Notes under the pieces: model-generated | The model's database searches: none | Told to the model about the DNA's origin: nothing | What the model saw: the letters and a program-made list of their open reading frames with translations, nothing else | Translations under genes and position numbers: made by a program | Source of the DNA: Hormiphora californensis | Lineage: Eukaryota; Animalia; Ctenophora | Direction of reading: 5' to 3' | Assembly (NCBI GenBank): GCA_020137815.1 | Contig: CM035360.1 | Coordinates: 3,906,001-3,970,000 of the forward strand | Length of the DNA stretch: 64,000 bases | Shown here: positions 35,068 through 49,718 of the stretch, in pieces | Numbering within the stretch: the stretch's first letter is position 1 | Layout: each line of letters begins with the position of its first letter

Positions 35068-36277
35068 TCCCCCTCTCTCTCTCTCTCTCCCATCAATCCA
35101 CCTATCTTTATGAACAGCTTGGAGCGATAATGAGTGTAGTCGAGGTGTAACGAACAGCAGCTGCTCTATTGTTGTCGTATAGCGTACTATGTTATATATC
35201 TACTTCATTTCATTCTTCTTCATACTATGACGGTCATTCGGTCGCTGGGACTCGAGAGGGAGAGAGAGATGGGGGAGAAGGCCGGGGGAGAGAGGATGAA
35301 AGAAAGTGAGTGAGAGAGAGGGAAAGAGAGGATGAAAGAAAGTGAGAGAGAGGAAGAGAAAATAGACAGTATGTCAATGCATGTTGTGGACACCTTTTTC
35401 TGTAGATTCTTCAGTGGTTGCATAGTAGTACTTTGCTCATGCTGTAGTATGTGTCAGTGCGTGTCTTCTAATTCAATTCTAGCATACGAAACCAACATGA
35501 CTAACTACGTACGTAATAAAGGTTGCCTTCTCTATGAACCAGTCAGTCCTAGAGATTTTTCAATCTGATACAGCATCATATTGTCAGTATCATCTCCTCG
35601 CTCCGTGAGATATATATGGGGCGTTTGCGGGGTAATTGTCGGTGCTTGCCAAGAGATTTAGAAGACATGTCAGAGTGAGGGAGAATGGGATGGGGTGGCA
35701 TCTGGCTCCAACTCACACAGATATATCTACACATGCTGTACATTTGGCCTAAATCTGATTGCCAAACTCATCTGTGTTACTGTTCTTTGTGTATAACAGT
35801 GTATATCGTACTTGAACTGTGACTGGTGACTACCTGAACTGTTGGTATCGAAGACACCTCACACATTCGTGCGCACTTGCAAGGGGTAACTTCGTAACCA
35901 ACCTGAACTGTAACTACTAGGTTGAAGGAAACAGTATATGCACGAGGACAAACTTGAAGCTAGCTGGGACAAACAAAATATTACGACATGGCTATAATAA
36001 TTGCGCATTCTTGTTGTGTTGTCGGCATATATGTTCAAACCCCTTTGTTACTTTCCTCCTTACTTAATAGTTGATTTACTTGACGACCAGACGCTACCTT
36101 GTATCTCAAGCAAGTGCCCCCTCTCATATATTTGTAGAATAAATCTGTTTTATTTCATATGATTGGGATTTTAACTCGTGTTTCTTAATTCCTTCTTCAA
36201 AACCACCATACATCTTTTGTTTTCAAGTCTCTCTTTCTCTCTCTCCCCATCTATATCTCTCTCACTCCCTCTCTCTC

Positions 36278-36411
<134 letters not shown>

Positions 36412-36420
36412 CCTCACTCC

Positions 36421-36483
<63 letters not shown>

Positions 36484-39280
36484 TCTCTCCCTCCCACTGC
36501 TACTGTTGTCGTTGTTAATATTTCCATGACCGATATCAGCGTGCATCGTGTTTTACTTGCACACGGCTGAGGTGTTGTTTTTTAAAACTCGAATATACTT
36601 TCACTGTTTCCGGTGAATTCAAACCGATAACCGATATATAGCCTATAACATGCTTTACTATTATAAAAATATATCAGATATAGTTGTATCTCGTGGTCAA
36701 AGTTGCCGCTGCTGTTTTAGAATTCATAATTTTTTGCATTGTGCTTGGCTTAGTGGTATCCTTTACTTGTTAAACTAAACTTCGGTTCCATTGGGTTGAT
36801 ATTTTGTGTCTCATTCTCTTCAGCCAAATTCGGAGCGTTCCACTCCCATCCCTCTATTTCTAAACCTGTGTATCTCGTATCTAGCCGTTATCACATAAAA
36901 CTGGACTACCATGGAGACTCTACCGGGAAAGTACAGACTTCACGAGCCGACGTTATGAGCCGGAGACCACGACAGCAACTCGACTGGAGTGCCATTCTCC
37001 AATCAATCGCTACACGATATCATTTTAGGTAAGCACATGAGTGTCCATATTTACAGCGCTGGAAAGTGCACCGGGGCCAACCCAAGGCCAAGTTTATCAG
37101 AATACTGTACACTGTGTTGTGTACACTGTTGATGCACATGATGCATTTACATGGGATGTATCACAGCGCTGACGGGTTTAGAACTTTGGGGACACTGCGG
37201 GGCGTGGGCCCCCGAAGTTGCCCGTGCTGCGTCAAAATTGCTATCAAAAGTTTCTTTTCGAGTACAAAACTAATTAAAAAGAAAAGGATCGGCTAGAGCT
37301 AAAGCAGAGTGAAACAAATTACAAATCAATTCAGAAAACCGAAGACCAAAGAATAGCCGACTATATGATTCCGTAAAATGTGTTAAAACTTTATCCTTTT
37401 CCGCCTCCTCCTTCTGATCCTTTCAACATCTATATTTCTCTTTAACTCTGCTTGTGCAGTGCCTTTGTGTTGCAGTGGTCGGTGTAATTTCAAAGGGCCC
37501 TTCGTAAACAGATGCTGGAGCACACCGACTGTATTATATTTCTAACTCCCTAAACCTTAATATCTCATGGTTGTATATGATGCTGCTCAGTCAATATTTA
37601 ATCAAATTAAATATATGCATCATGACGTCAATACTACTTCTCATCTCACTGCAGCTTGTTTCGTGGCCAGACACGTTCCTTAGTTGAACATGTGTGTCAC
37701 ATGTTGTTGTTGTACTAAGATCAGAGCATACCACGTGATATACCTACCACGTACCTCATGGCCTATTATATTGGCTTCTTGTATATCTCTCTAGTTCTGA
37801 TAAAAATATTTGTTTTTGTCCAGCTGAATGGTGTAGATACGTGTAATGATCGGTCAAGTCACACATCAGCACTCTGTAGAGATAATATGTTCGATTAATA
37901 GCGCACCAGAGAGGAGAAGCTGTGACGAGCAATTGCCATCCATCCATACTATGTTATAGGGAGAAAGAGAGTGTGAGAGAGAAAGAGTGTGAGAGAATGA
38001 GAAAGACACACTGAAAGGAGATAGAGAGAGAGGAGGGTAGATTGAAAGAGAATCATGTGTGTAGAATGCTATCGGAGTCAATAGATGTGATATGATTTGT
38101 CTCTTAACTTATAGACCTTTGAGCTAGGCGCTAGATGCGAAATATCATTGACCCGGCCTCGTTTGTTATAACTTACGGCCTCTTTTATCTGGTTCTCTTT
38201 TAACAATCGATGACTAGGCTTGAATTTGACGATGATGTTATAGTCATCGTGGATAACTTAGTTTTAGACATGATCCAGGATGTAATGTGATTAATCTAGT
38301 TTACACCAACCAATCTCAACAGTCTTTTGTTAGGCAACACTCAACAAGCACATCACCTACTACTTGAAGGGCCAGTACCGCGTTAGTTGTAACTTTTTAG
38401 CCAAGGGGAAACAAGTTACGTTATGACAGCGTATTTATCAGTACACATGATTGAAATCCTGTGAAATCAAACTCGCTGGCAGTACATGAATGGTCTTACA
38501 AATATTTTATAAATGCTCATCGATTACTAAAACTTCTATTGTTCTATTTTATACTGATTTGCGGTACCCACTGTCTTATATATCTCTCAAGCACGTTTAA
38601 ATTCCCGCCTCTTACAAGCTCCCACGTTGTGTGTATCAAGAGAGTGGATGCATTATAAGATTTCGGTGGTGGTAGTACTATATTTCCATTTGATTTTTAG
38701 TAGAAGCTGCATCGTAGCAGTAATATATAGTAGCGGTGGTTTTTAACAGCTTTTACACTTCGTACACAGTCTATTATATTCTCTCCGAGCTTTTGTACTT
38801 TCAAAATGTTGCTCAATCCCACTATTCAATCCCCTCTCTCTGCATGTGTTTTAGCAGTATAGTTTTGTGTCCCTCTACTTAAGATCAAGTGGAGCTAGCT
38901 GTACCGACACCCCCATGTCACGACATCTCGTCTCATCGTCTCCTTGTCAGCGTCAACAGAACTTCAGCCTCCTCATGGACTGGACGGAGCTGATGTCAGC
39001 CCTCAACACCAACTATCTCACCACCAAGTAAGAATAAAAATTTTATGACACACTCGTCCATTGTCAACTTTGATTTGACCATGGAATGTTTTAGATTATA
39101 AAATCATAATATCGTTAGAACTCATAGCACTGCAAAAATTTAAAAACTTGTCGAGCTCACTCAAAGTCAACATGTAAAAACGGTAAAATAACTTCAAAGT
39201 CTCTGACTACAGTCGGTATAAAGTCTCAGATATTACAGCCGGTAAAATATCTTACTACAGCCGGTATAAAGTCTCTGATA

Positions 39281-40827
39281 TTACAGCCGGTAAAAGTGTA
39301 CCAACTCTGGCAGCAACCTCTGATCCAGTTCAACCACCTCACCACCATACCTCATTCCCGCCAACATCCACACAAACAACCCCACCAATATACACCTAGA
39401 GCTCCACGTAACGAGAGCACTGTCACTAGCCGTCACTTTTGTGCTAACACATGTGGGCAGGGAGGTGTGCCATTTTTGTTCCGAGGTACAGGTCAGGGAG
39501 GCTGTCCCGGAGAGTTTGTAGTCTGTGTCACAGGTGAATTCAACAACTTGACCTGCAGAGAAAGACGTGCAATTGTTGATCATAAAATATCTTTTTAAAT
39601 GAAGGAGGAAACATTACCATACATTAATATTGTTGTCCTACATGATTACGACGAACGCGATCGATAAGTAGCGAGAGACTGGTCAATAAGTTGACAGTCC
39701 TGACTGACCTGTTTTGAAGGGTGCCTCTCCAGCAGTACTACTTGGGGCGGCTAGGGTTGCCCCATTTGAAACTGATCGGGTAATATCCGCACAACCCGCA
39801 ACACACTTTGGCCAGTAAAGCATGGAAGGGACTCCATCCTGCGTTGGTGCATTTCACCTCTGTTTTACCCTCGTCAGCGGTGGCTTGAGCGTAACCTGCC
39901 ATAATTTGTCATTATCAGAAGTGTGTCATAATTGCATTTTGTAATCATAAGAAGTGATAAGTTAGTTCTTTTTGTTCCAACTTGTTGGTTACAAACCTGA
40001 GCGGCATCCAATGGTGATGACAAAATCAATTTGAATCGATATCGGAGCCTCACTCAGCAGTTTAGTTATCGATCTATCAGGGTAGGAGGCAGTCCAATAT
40101 TGCTCAAAATCTTCAGGAACTTTGTTGCAGCCTGTTTTAGTGAATACCATCAGAGTTTAGTCATCTTCATTTTTGGAAAAAATCATGAAAATTATATGAT
40201 TCTACACGAAATAAGGATGTCCCACTCTATCGTCATTTCTACTGTCCACAACTATAAATTACCTGTAGCACACCAAGTGGATACGAGATACCCAAAGACG
40301 TTGGGGGAGAACTCTCCATTCTTGCATGTCACCACGATCTCGCCCCTCTGGTCCCGGGCTGTTGTGGAGTACTCGTCAATATTGGATAGCACCACATCGT
40401 CAACCTAAATAATGACGTCATACAGTATGTAACACAGTGCAAGTGTGTACCGGAGAACAGAAATGTACTCACCACTCTAACGTTGTTGCTCCACCCCATA
40501 TTGATGGTATCCTGTTTGCATTTCAGTGTGTGTGCCTCTCCTTCGGCCCAAGCTGAGCCAGAGGTCAGTGTGGTCTGTGCTGCATCCGTAACTTTGACAG
40601 AAGATGCGGCCGTGCTCATTGAGTCGGAGTAACATGACCCATTCGATGTTCCTACGAGAGAGTTATTATAGGTCTGCTTTTTAGTTTTTTTTTGCTGGGA
40701 GTTGTCTATATTTTGAACCTTATCCATTCTTTACACGACTGACCAACTGACGAGTAGAGAGCAAATCATCTTTATTTTTCAGTAACTTACCGAAGAACAA
40801 AATCAAAAAGAAAAAATGGGCAATCAT
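39281..40827 (-). CDS. Secreted or membrane-anchored sushi/CCP-repeat protein, 6 exons, one apparent frameshift
   Basis: Signal exon MIAHFFFLILFF|G (40827-40791), then exons ~40651-40472, 40403-40263, 40131-39997, 39895-39709 and 39552-39281. Sushi patterns GQVVEFTCDTDYKLSGTASLTC...W...LPTC and CRSGY...VKC...W...PKC. Hydrophobic C-terminal segment. Confidence 0.78.
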
Positions 40828-42481
40828 TTTGTAGTACACCGCAAAACAATTGTGTTATACCAATGTAACAATGAGGTATACGTTGTAGAGCGAGAGTGGG
40901 ATAAAAAGTACAAAATACAGAGGGCAGGAAGTTCCAAGGGTCTCCCCTGTTTACATTCAGATGCAGCAGTTTAGCCGAGTAACAGCACACAGCAGTAACA
41001 GTAGTAGTAACAGCACAGGCGGCACAACTGCAATACACGTTTAATATACCTATATGGTCCGGAGATATATAGCACTAAAGCTCCAACAGATCTGAGATTC
41101 AATTCCGGTGACTACCAACTATGACTTGATGACCTGGCAATTATCGCGGGTCTCGATCTTATCGATCAGTTTCTGCATAAGACCCCGGCCATCTCAACGA
41201 AATCAGTCACTATCTCAGCGACACTCCTATGATATATCCCTTCAGTCTTCGTATACTACTAGATCGACGCCATTCAAAGGTCGCCCGACGCAAAGATCTC
41301 TCCCCGACTATAATAACTGCTTGCAGGAGTGTGTATCAATTTCATTGCTCACAATGTGCTTCTTTTTAAACAAGACTCCCCCTTGATTAGTTACCGCCTA
41401 TCCGGCCCATGAATCTTCTTTAAACACTCCGGTCCTTCCGTCATTTGAGTAACGTACGGCTGTCTCTATCTCTTGCTCCTTTTTTATATCTCTACATAAT
41501 CTTTATTCCCCCCTCTCTCTCTTTTTGGAGATATGACACACATATAATATCCGCCGTGTGTCAAAGCTCCGATGCCGCATGTACATGCAGTTATTACATA
41601 TCGGTAAATTTTTATAACCGGTGTTGCGACTATTATCACTGTATCTCTCCGGCCACGTCCAATTCTTTTCTATCCTTCGTCCCTATTATATGTTAAAACC
41701 TTTTGCATGATCATTCATCTTTCTCTCTATCCTATTCTCCTTCTCTCTCTATCTCCCGAAGTATAATTTATCTGTGTTTCTCGTATAATCATTTTGCATT
41801 TCTCATCTGTATAACAGCTCCTACACGTCTAGCTACACACCTTTACCGGATCCAAGGAGGAGGATAAAATGACTAACGATGTGATCCAGATAGTCGTACC
41901 CAAACGGACCCATCAAATCGTGCTAAAAAGGTAAGATCATGCAGTTGTAACACTTACACACACACGATATGCTTAGGATGCTGAATTTCTTGATCGGAAG
42001 ATATGTGTTAAAATATCCTCCCTATTATCCAGGGAGATACAATTGAATCTTTCTTTGTTAATTTGCGCCTGCAGTACGACAACTCCCATGCTCCGATTGG
42101 CGGGATTTGAGTTTCTAATCTTTTCTCCTCTTTTTCATCGGAGCACAACTACACGTCCCTTTTTCTTTAGAATGAGATGCACTGCGTTGATTGAAGAATA
42201 TATTATGTATCTGAAACATGCAATTCGCAATATATCATCGTCTAGTAATGAGTTCTGAATGCACTACCAGTCAAGCGCACTACCACTGCCATTGGCCGCC
42301 CCTTGATATATCAGTGTGACGGCGTTCTAAACATTGCTTGTGTACTGCAGAGCTGTTCTTTGCAGGGGGTGTTTAGTACTGTCATTCTCCCTCTCTATCC
42401 TTTTTCTAATTCTTTCTATATCTATCTCTCATTCTCTCTCTTTCTCTCTCTATCTCTATTTCTCTCTCTTTTCTCTCCCCC

Positions 42482-42627
<146 letters not shown>

Positions 42628-45600
42628 AATCTCCCTTTCTTTTTTCGATCATCTGTGGTGTGAATGCATTTTAAGTTAACACACTCACGTCCTTGTCATA
42701 TATATCTGATAGAGATATGCACACATTTTATAATACATTTTCATATGGCATTTTTTGAGTACTCTCACTTCGCTGATCTCTATTGTGCTTTGGACTAGCT
42801 ATGCTAGAGACTACTATTATACATGTGCTCGATGATTTTGGACGAATATGTATATTCCTGTTCTGGTCTATTCACCAGCTGCACATCACACATGCAATTT
42901 TGGTGTTCAATAGTCAAATTACTGTACAGATCTAAAAGATATCTGCTGTCAGGCCGATGCTCTGGCCATGGCCAATGCTCTGACAGGATATCTGTGTAAA
43001 GTTAGTATTGTAATCCTATACACCTCTTATGATCTGTCCCGGCCTATTAAACAGCTATCCTCTGAGAGCTGCATGCCCCCTTGAGATTGCAGCACACAAT
43101 ACTGAATACGATATCTATGACATGTTGTTAGGAGTGACCTTGTAATTTTGTCACGATATAACTCGCACTGTCCTAGCTTGTGACTTGTGTCACAAGTGTC
43201 CTTCTGCAATCTCTATGATTGGGATAATTTCATTCTTTAAAATCTAGTTTGAGTCATTACGTCATATCCATGCTGATCTCGAGGAAAATGATTCGATCTG
43301 TAAACCTGCAAGGCAATCAGATCTATGATTTGCTTGATCACTCACTACCACACTCTTGAGTCTTTGCCAGATAGATCCTATCTCTTTTCCAATTCTAACT
43401 ATCGTTTATAGAAGTGTGCAATATTGTATCTTCCTGAGTTTAGCTAATTCATTCTTTAAAAGCTTTTAAACAAGTCATCTTTGTTTCCGTACTCTCGACT
43501 ATTTTAGTGAAAGCTGGGACTTGTCACCCAGGACCTCGTTCATTGTTGTCCTTGTGTTTAGTAGTTTCCAAATTCCAGCTCTAATTGTCATCATGAGAGG
43601 ATCCTACAAACGGAGACCATACTTCCTGGGTGATCGACTACGTTCTTACTCAACATGGATGCAGCTTACCGCGTGAGTGTTACCATGACAACCATCATAT
43701 GAGTTTGTGATAACCATGGCAACCGAGTTGTTATCAAGATCTCACCCAGGTTTAGTCGAGCAACTTTGGGAACCGGCAGAGCAAGACCACCTTTCAGCAC
43801 CATTGCCTTGCTCGACAGCATCAACGCTGGGTGAGTACCATTTAAATTAATTTGATAAGAGCTCACACGCCATGGGTGTAGACCACAATCGGGAGCCCAG
43901 GGACCAATCGACTATATACCAGTGAGGGGGGACTCCATAGTTCATGAGTAGCTATTGAGAAGTGATCCACTCAGCTAAAATGATCTAACTTCTTCTGGAC
44001 TCTGGAGCAAGGCATGTAATTGCATTATGGTTCAATAAATGTGAGTCTCAAGTCTATTTCCGGCTATATAATTCAATGATTCGCTTGATGGTTCTACAAT
44101 AAGCTGATATAATTGACTTTCTTACCGAAGGTTGTTATGTTGCGAGATACGATTCTAAGACAAGTTCAATCAGTTACTGAAAGTCATTAGCAGTAATGTG
44201 ATGCTCGTGTCATCCTGACACTCACTCGTACAATATCTGTCAGAGCATTGGCCTGACCTACTGCGGTTAGATCATTGGCCTGACAGCCCAATATCGGTCC
44301 TAACCATCTAGCTTCTATGACATCATTATGCTTCTATTTTTACCATGGAAACAGCGAAAAATTCGGTGCACAACAAACCTGCTCACGTCTCCACTCTCCC
44401 TCTATCGTACACTGAGAGCAGCTTCGTGGGGGGTCCAATTTTACGCCACCGCCATCTCAAGAGATTTCTATACCAACCGACCTGCTTGATTTATGTGCTA
44501 TCTTATCTTTCTTTCTCTCTCTATATCTCTCTGTCTCACTGACTCTCTCACTGACTCTCTCTCCCACAGGACCCTTGTCTGGTTCGGACAATCATTATTG
44601 CTTTATAGTATAGATTTGTTCTTTAGAACCTCGATATATATCATGAAACACTTGTTAGCCGTCTTAGTAGAATTTAAATTTGTAAAAATTTGACTGACCG
44701 ACTCGACTGACCGACAACTGACAGGAAGTTGAGATGTGACACAAAGTGAACAGTGAAAGAAGGCTTTGGGCTATGGATAAGTGGATGAGCTTTGACTGAG
44801 CTTTGTATTTTTTGTATTTCGATGGTTGACGATTGTTTGACAGGCATTGTGCTGACCCGTTCTTGCATGCATGCTTCGCTTTGGCCGATGAGAGTGGTCA
44901 GGCATCACGCCGACAGCACAGAGGTGCAAAGTCGTACCTAGGAAATATCATTGAAGTTTGTTTGATAAAATATTATGACCCATCTCGGCGTTCACTCGAA
45001 AAAGAGGATTGAAGGAGAGTTGCACAAACTAGACATATATAATATCCACTGCCCGGTCGACACTCATTGCAGTCACCGAATCTACTTTTGACTGTCTACA
45101 TGTATTGTGCCGTAAAACATCTCCACCACTGCACCGGACAGTGCCGTCAGCCCCGCACAGCTGATCCAGAGATCCCCGCACAGCTGATCCAGAGAGTGCC
45201 GTGAAACTGTGTTTAATGTCTCAATTCTTCAACTGAGCTGTGTACGTCAGTCCGAGAGAGAGAGATAAAGGAAGTGAGAGAGAGAGAAACGACTGGTTTT
45301 AGTTAGTTTTGTAGCAAGCAGAGAAAGAGCTTTAAATTTCTCTTTAGTTGTAATGCCTAGAGTGACATATTCATGCACTCCAAACTGTATTTCATCTAAA
45401 GCGTAGACGCTTGATTTTAAAATAGATCCTCGATATGAGATAGTAGTTCCCCGAACCCTACACGCGAAGTTGTGGAGGACATATAGGTGAGGATGGTGGT
45501 CAAACGTTTTCACATGCTTTTCAAGCAGAAAACAGTATCTCTCTCTCTCTCTCTCTCTCCTCTTCTATCCCTGGCCCCTATCTCTCTCTCTCTCTCTCTC

Positions 45601-46667
45601 TTCCTATTCACGCCATCTCATGGACCCCTCAAATCGTCACACTTTTTATTGTGCAGTAGTGATTTGAGTCTGTCTATACACGATCAGTCTGGCATTCCAT
45701 TCTCTGTCTTTCCTCCTTTTTCACAGGTATGTTATACTAGTGCTACTAGACCTTGCACTTGAATACACAGCTCAATCATGCTCCCTTCCTGTGTCACATG
45801 ACCCCCACAGTGCAGTATCAAGCAATATCACTAATCAGGAAAACGGCCGTCATGAGCTTTCTTTCTTTCTTGTGCTCCTTCACACTTTAGTGCTCCTCTC
45901 CACAATGTACACTTGAGCACTATTACTATATCACGTGATCCTACCTACGTGACCTTATAAGGACATTGCTCCTACCATGTATGGGCTTGTCACGTGATCC
46001 ACGCTTCACAGTACTGACAAGGTGTCCTCCAGGAGGGATATTGTACACGTTCTCTCTGTTTTCTCTGTTTTCCTTCTTCTCCTCCACACTACACGGAGCT
46101 GACGAGCTGAATGATTTGAATTGCATGATGTTTTATGATCTTAGTTCTGAAGTCCTCCGGGTGTTTCCTAATCACTATGGAGGAGGTGGAGGAGGAGGGG
46201 CTTCTTCGTATAGCCGGAGGTAATTAAAATTCGTAAGATAATCCCGTGCAGAAGTGATCAATATAGGAGCTGTTGTCCAATTTTTTGGTTTTTCGGCCAT
46301 CGGGACCTTGGATTACTGGGTAAATTCCCTTCAGTATATTGTGCCCTTCTCTTCGAGGTGTCCTGTAAATTGAGGTTTGGCTATACAACAGGATAAGGGT
46401 ATCTATTATACCTAGCGGGTTGTTTTACTGCATAGCATAGTAAACTACGAATCTTGAGATTGAGAAACAGCTCTGAAAAGAAATAGCCGAGAAACTATCC
46501 GAGCGCGTTAACTCGGTTAGAGGTACTGCCACATCATTTCATCTGAAGAAATCGACCACCCCCGTGCTTGAGTCATGGAAGTCGGAGAAGAGTTAATCCC
46601 TCTCTTGTACAATTATATTGTGCAATTACGCATACCCTTTGATATTTTGATGGTCATTGCATTGGTT

Positions 46668-46776
46668 CAGGAACCGACCGAATCAGGAAATACTGGTCCC
46701 TGATTGGCTGATAACCAGTCACGTGACCTAAATAAAGAGTTCTGATTGGTTGTTTACTTGTTTCGGTCGGTTCCTG
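46668..46776. mobile_element. 109-bp hAT-like MITE
   Basis: Same TIR as 16819, with 8-bp target-site duplication CATTGGTT. Confidence 0.9.
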
Positions 46777-48124
46777 CATTGGTTGCTTAAAGGCATGATT
46801 CGTTCCCAGATCAGTGACACTAATTCATTAGAATGGTATGTAGTCCTAGCATGCTTACCGAGAATAAAGCATCTCTATCAAAGACCCTTGATACTAAGAA
46901 GTGTTCTTCTACTTCGAAATAGTGAAAGACAGTAGTCACAATCATTTGAAGATTTCGATCCACCATTCCCAGAGCAACTTTGCTAATTGGAGCGTTGTGG
47001 TGAAAGGCGTTGTCCCCCCTATCCCCAAATCATAGCGCTTTTACCCACAAATGCACCCTTTGTCAAAGGGCACTGTGAAGAATATGGTCTGGTAGAACAA
47101 GATCTGTTTTTATAAAAGTTTGTATCTACATGATCTTTATTTTAGTTTGGAAATGGACATTGAAGTCACGGCCTTTGGTTCAGAAAGTTGGTAAGCAATG
47201 CAGTGCTCCGTCATAAAATATTTTAGAGTCACCACCACAAGTAAGGCTGTTTTGGAAACTTTTGGAAGTTTGAGACTATTCAAAAAATTTAGGCATTTCA
47301 GTGTCCATAGTTACCGATTCAGTTACCATGGCAACCATTATTAGTTAATGTATGAGGAAAAATGAGTTGTTATAATTATCAGTCCATGCTTGAGGTGCCT
47401 GGTGCACTCCTTGGGTACGCCATTAGGTAAACAATTTCGCTGGGCTGGTTCTTGCATGACATGGCCTCTGTACTGCGGTGTACAGAGAGGTTGTATGTAT
47501 TTATGTGGCCATGTCACACACCTGTTGCTATGGTGACGTGGTTGTGTGGTGGTCAGCTGCAGTACATACCCATTACATACGACACACATACAGACACATA
47601 TCGATAGAGACAATATAAAGAACTTACAGCTTGGAAGAAAGTATACACATGATAGTAAATGTGTATTTTGATTCTTGATTATTATATATCGCATACTATA
47701 TATACCAGTAAGCAATTCTTTCTCGTACCTCACAATTAAAATGAATGCCAGACAATTAGAAACCATTCTAAGAAGACATGTTAGCAGCTTTATCTTCTCC
47801 CTGGACTCAGCGGCACTTTGAGGACCTCCGTGCTGGACGGCGGAGTGAATCTACCGACCATCACCATGGCAACCGAACTCCGTCCCGTCAAGTGGTAGGA
47901 TCAACCAGCAGACGGACTACCACTGCCGCCGTGGATAGTCGGGCTTTGTGGAGGGCATGCGTGGAGGAACGGGTATCGAGCAGTCTAGTCAGTGTTTATA
48001 CACTCTACCAGAGGACAGCACGACCTTTTCCTCATAGCCGGTAATTAATATACATATTAACCAGTGCTGAATATTGAGCGAAGAGAAAGAGGAAGCGAAA
48101 GAGAAAATATATATATAGATGAGT

Positions 48125-48395
48125 AACTCCGAATCGACCCTGTAGCAGTCCAAATGACGCCCCGAACTCCCGAAGTGACCCCAAATTGATCCCGAAGTGA
48201 CCCCGAAATGACCTGTCTGGCGGCGCAGACCCCATCTGATCGCACTGCCACGCTTTGAGAATCAAATCGGGATCTGGCGCGGCCAGACAGGAAGTGACTC
48301 CGATTTGACCCCAAAATTACCCAGAAGGGACCCCGATTTGACCCCTAAATGACGTGCAAACGCTACCAAAATGACCCCGAAGTGACCCCGATGGT
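48125..48395. repeat. Interspersed repeat with ~11-bp GACCCCGAART subunits
   Basis: Degenerate tandem subunits. The core GTCTGGCGGYGCAGACCCCAT recurs at ~63589. Confidence 0.6.
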
Positions 48396-49638
48396 CCTAT
48401 GTCATACTACCTCAAAGTGAGAGAGATAAATGAGTGATATATTTCCAAATAAGCAGTCGACGTGCTAGTTTATTACCGAATTACGTCCCAAGATAAGTTC
48501 ACTGCTGAGAGCTAGTCGAGGGGACAAAATTTTAGCCATTTGACCCGGAAACACACATGTCGAAAATGTACATTCTCAATTTACTTCTTTACTACTTAAT
48601 TACATTCGGACCCCGATATACCAGGAAAAAACCCTTTCCCCACGCATCCCGGTAAATCGGGGTCCTTAACTACTCAGTGTTTCAGGGTGTACCTCTTTTT
48701 GTTTGGATCATCCCCGAGGTGTACCTCTTGTTCCCCTCCCCTCCCCACACGAAGAGAGAGAGAGTCGAGCAAGGCAATATAGTATGTATCGCAATACACA
48801 GTGCTAATACCGAGAACACATGATTTCTAAGAATTGCCTCGATCTTGAGGACGAATACCTAGTAACTGCAGTACATCTAGACTCCAGCCTTATGCCTTGT
48901 AGAAGAATGTAGTTAGAATTTCCAGTAGAGAACAATTCAATACACACCTGGTACAAGGGCTCAGTTACAAAATAGGATGGCACGCCTCCTACCTACCCCC
49001 TATATACTAACAATTATCTGCCCGGCGTAATGGTGGATGGGGGTGGACAGTATGAACCAAACAGGGGCCACATGACATCAGTCTCCGGTGCAAAGGACTA
49101 AAAGTTTAAAATTTGAGTTTGCATGCGCACGGACAAGAGATATTGAAAACTAGCTTGTCACGGCCGGATGAGTTTAAATTTTCCGCTTTTCACAACAACC
49201 TAAGCCTTTTTCAATCACTTCAAAAATTGATCTTTGCATTATTAGATGCCGTTATAAGAGGTTGAACTCTGACTAACGAGTCATTCTATAGTCTATACAT
49301 GTTTAGGTGTCACTTGTCATTTACCTGGCATGTATGATACAAACTGCAAAGCTCCTGCCAGCTCTACATCCACATCCCGCGTTTCAATTTCATTCGTAAT
49401 CTCTCTCTCTTACTTGCCAATCAAAAATACTCTCTTCTCTCTCCCTATCATTTTCTCTCTATCTCTCTATCTTTCATTCCTCCTCCATCTGTATCCCTCT
49501 GTATAATACGAAGCCGATCTCTCCAATGGGATGTCCCCTTATTAATCACGTGTCCACCTAATGCACACACAAAATACATTCTTGATTCTTTCGGCGCCCC
49601 CTTTAGCTCATGATGGCAGCTCCTTCTCTCCTCTGTCT

Positions 49639-49718
<80 letters not shown>

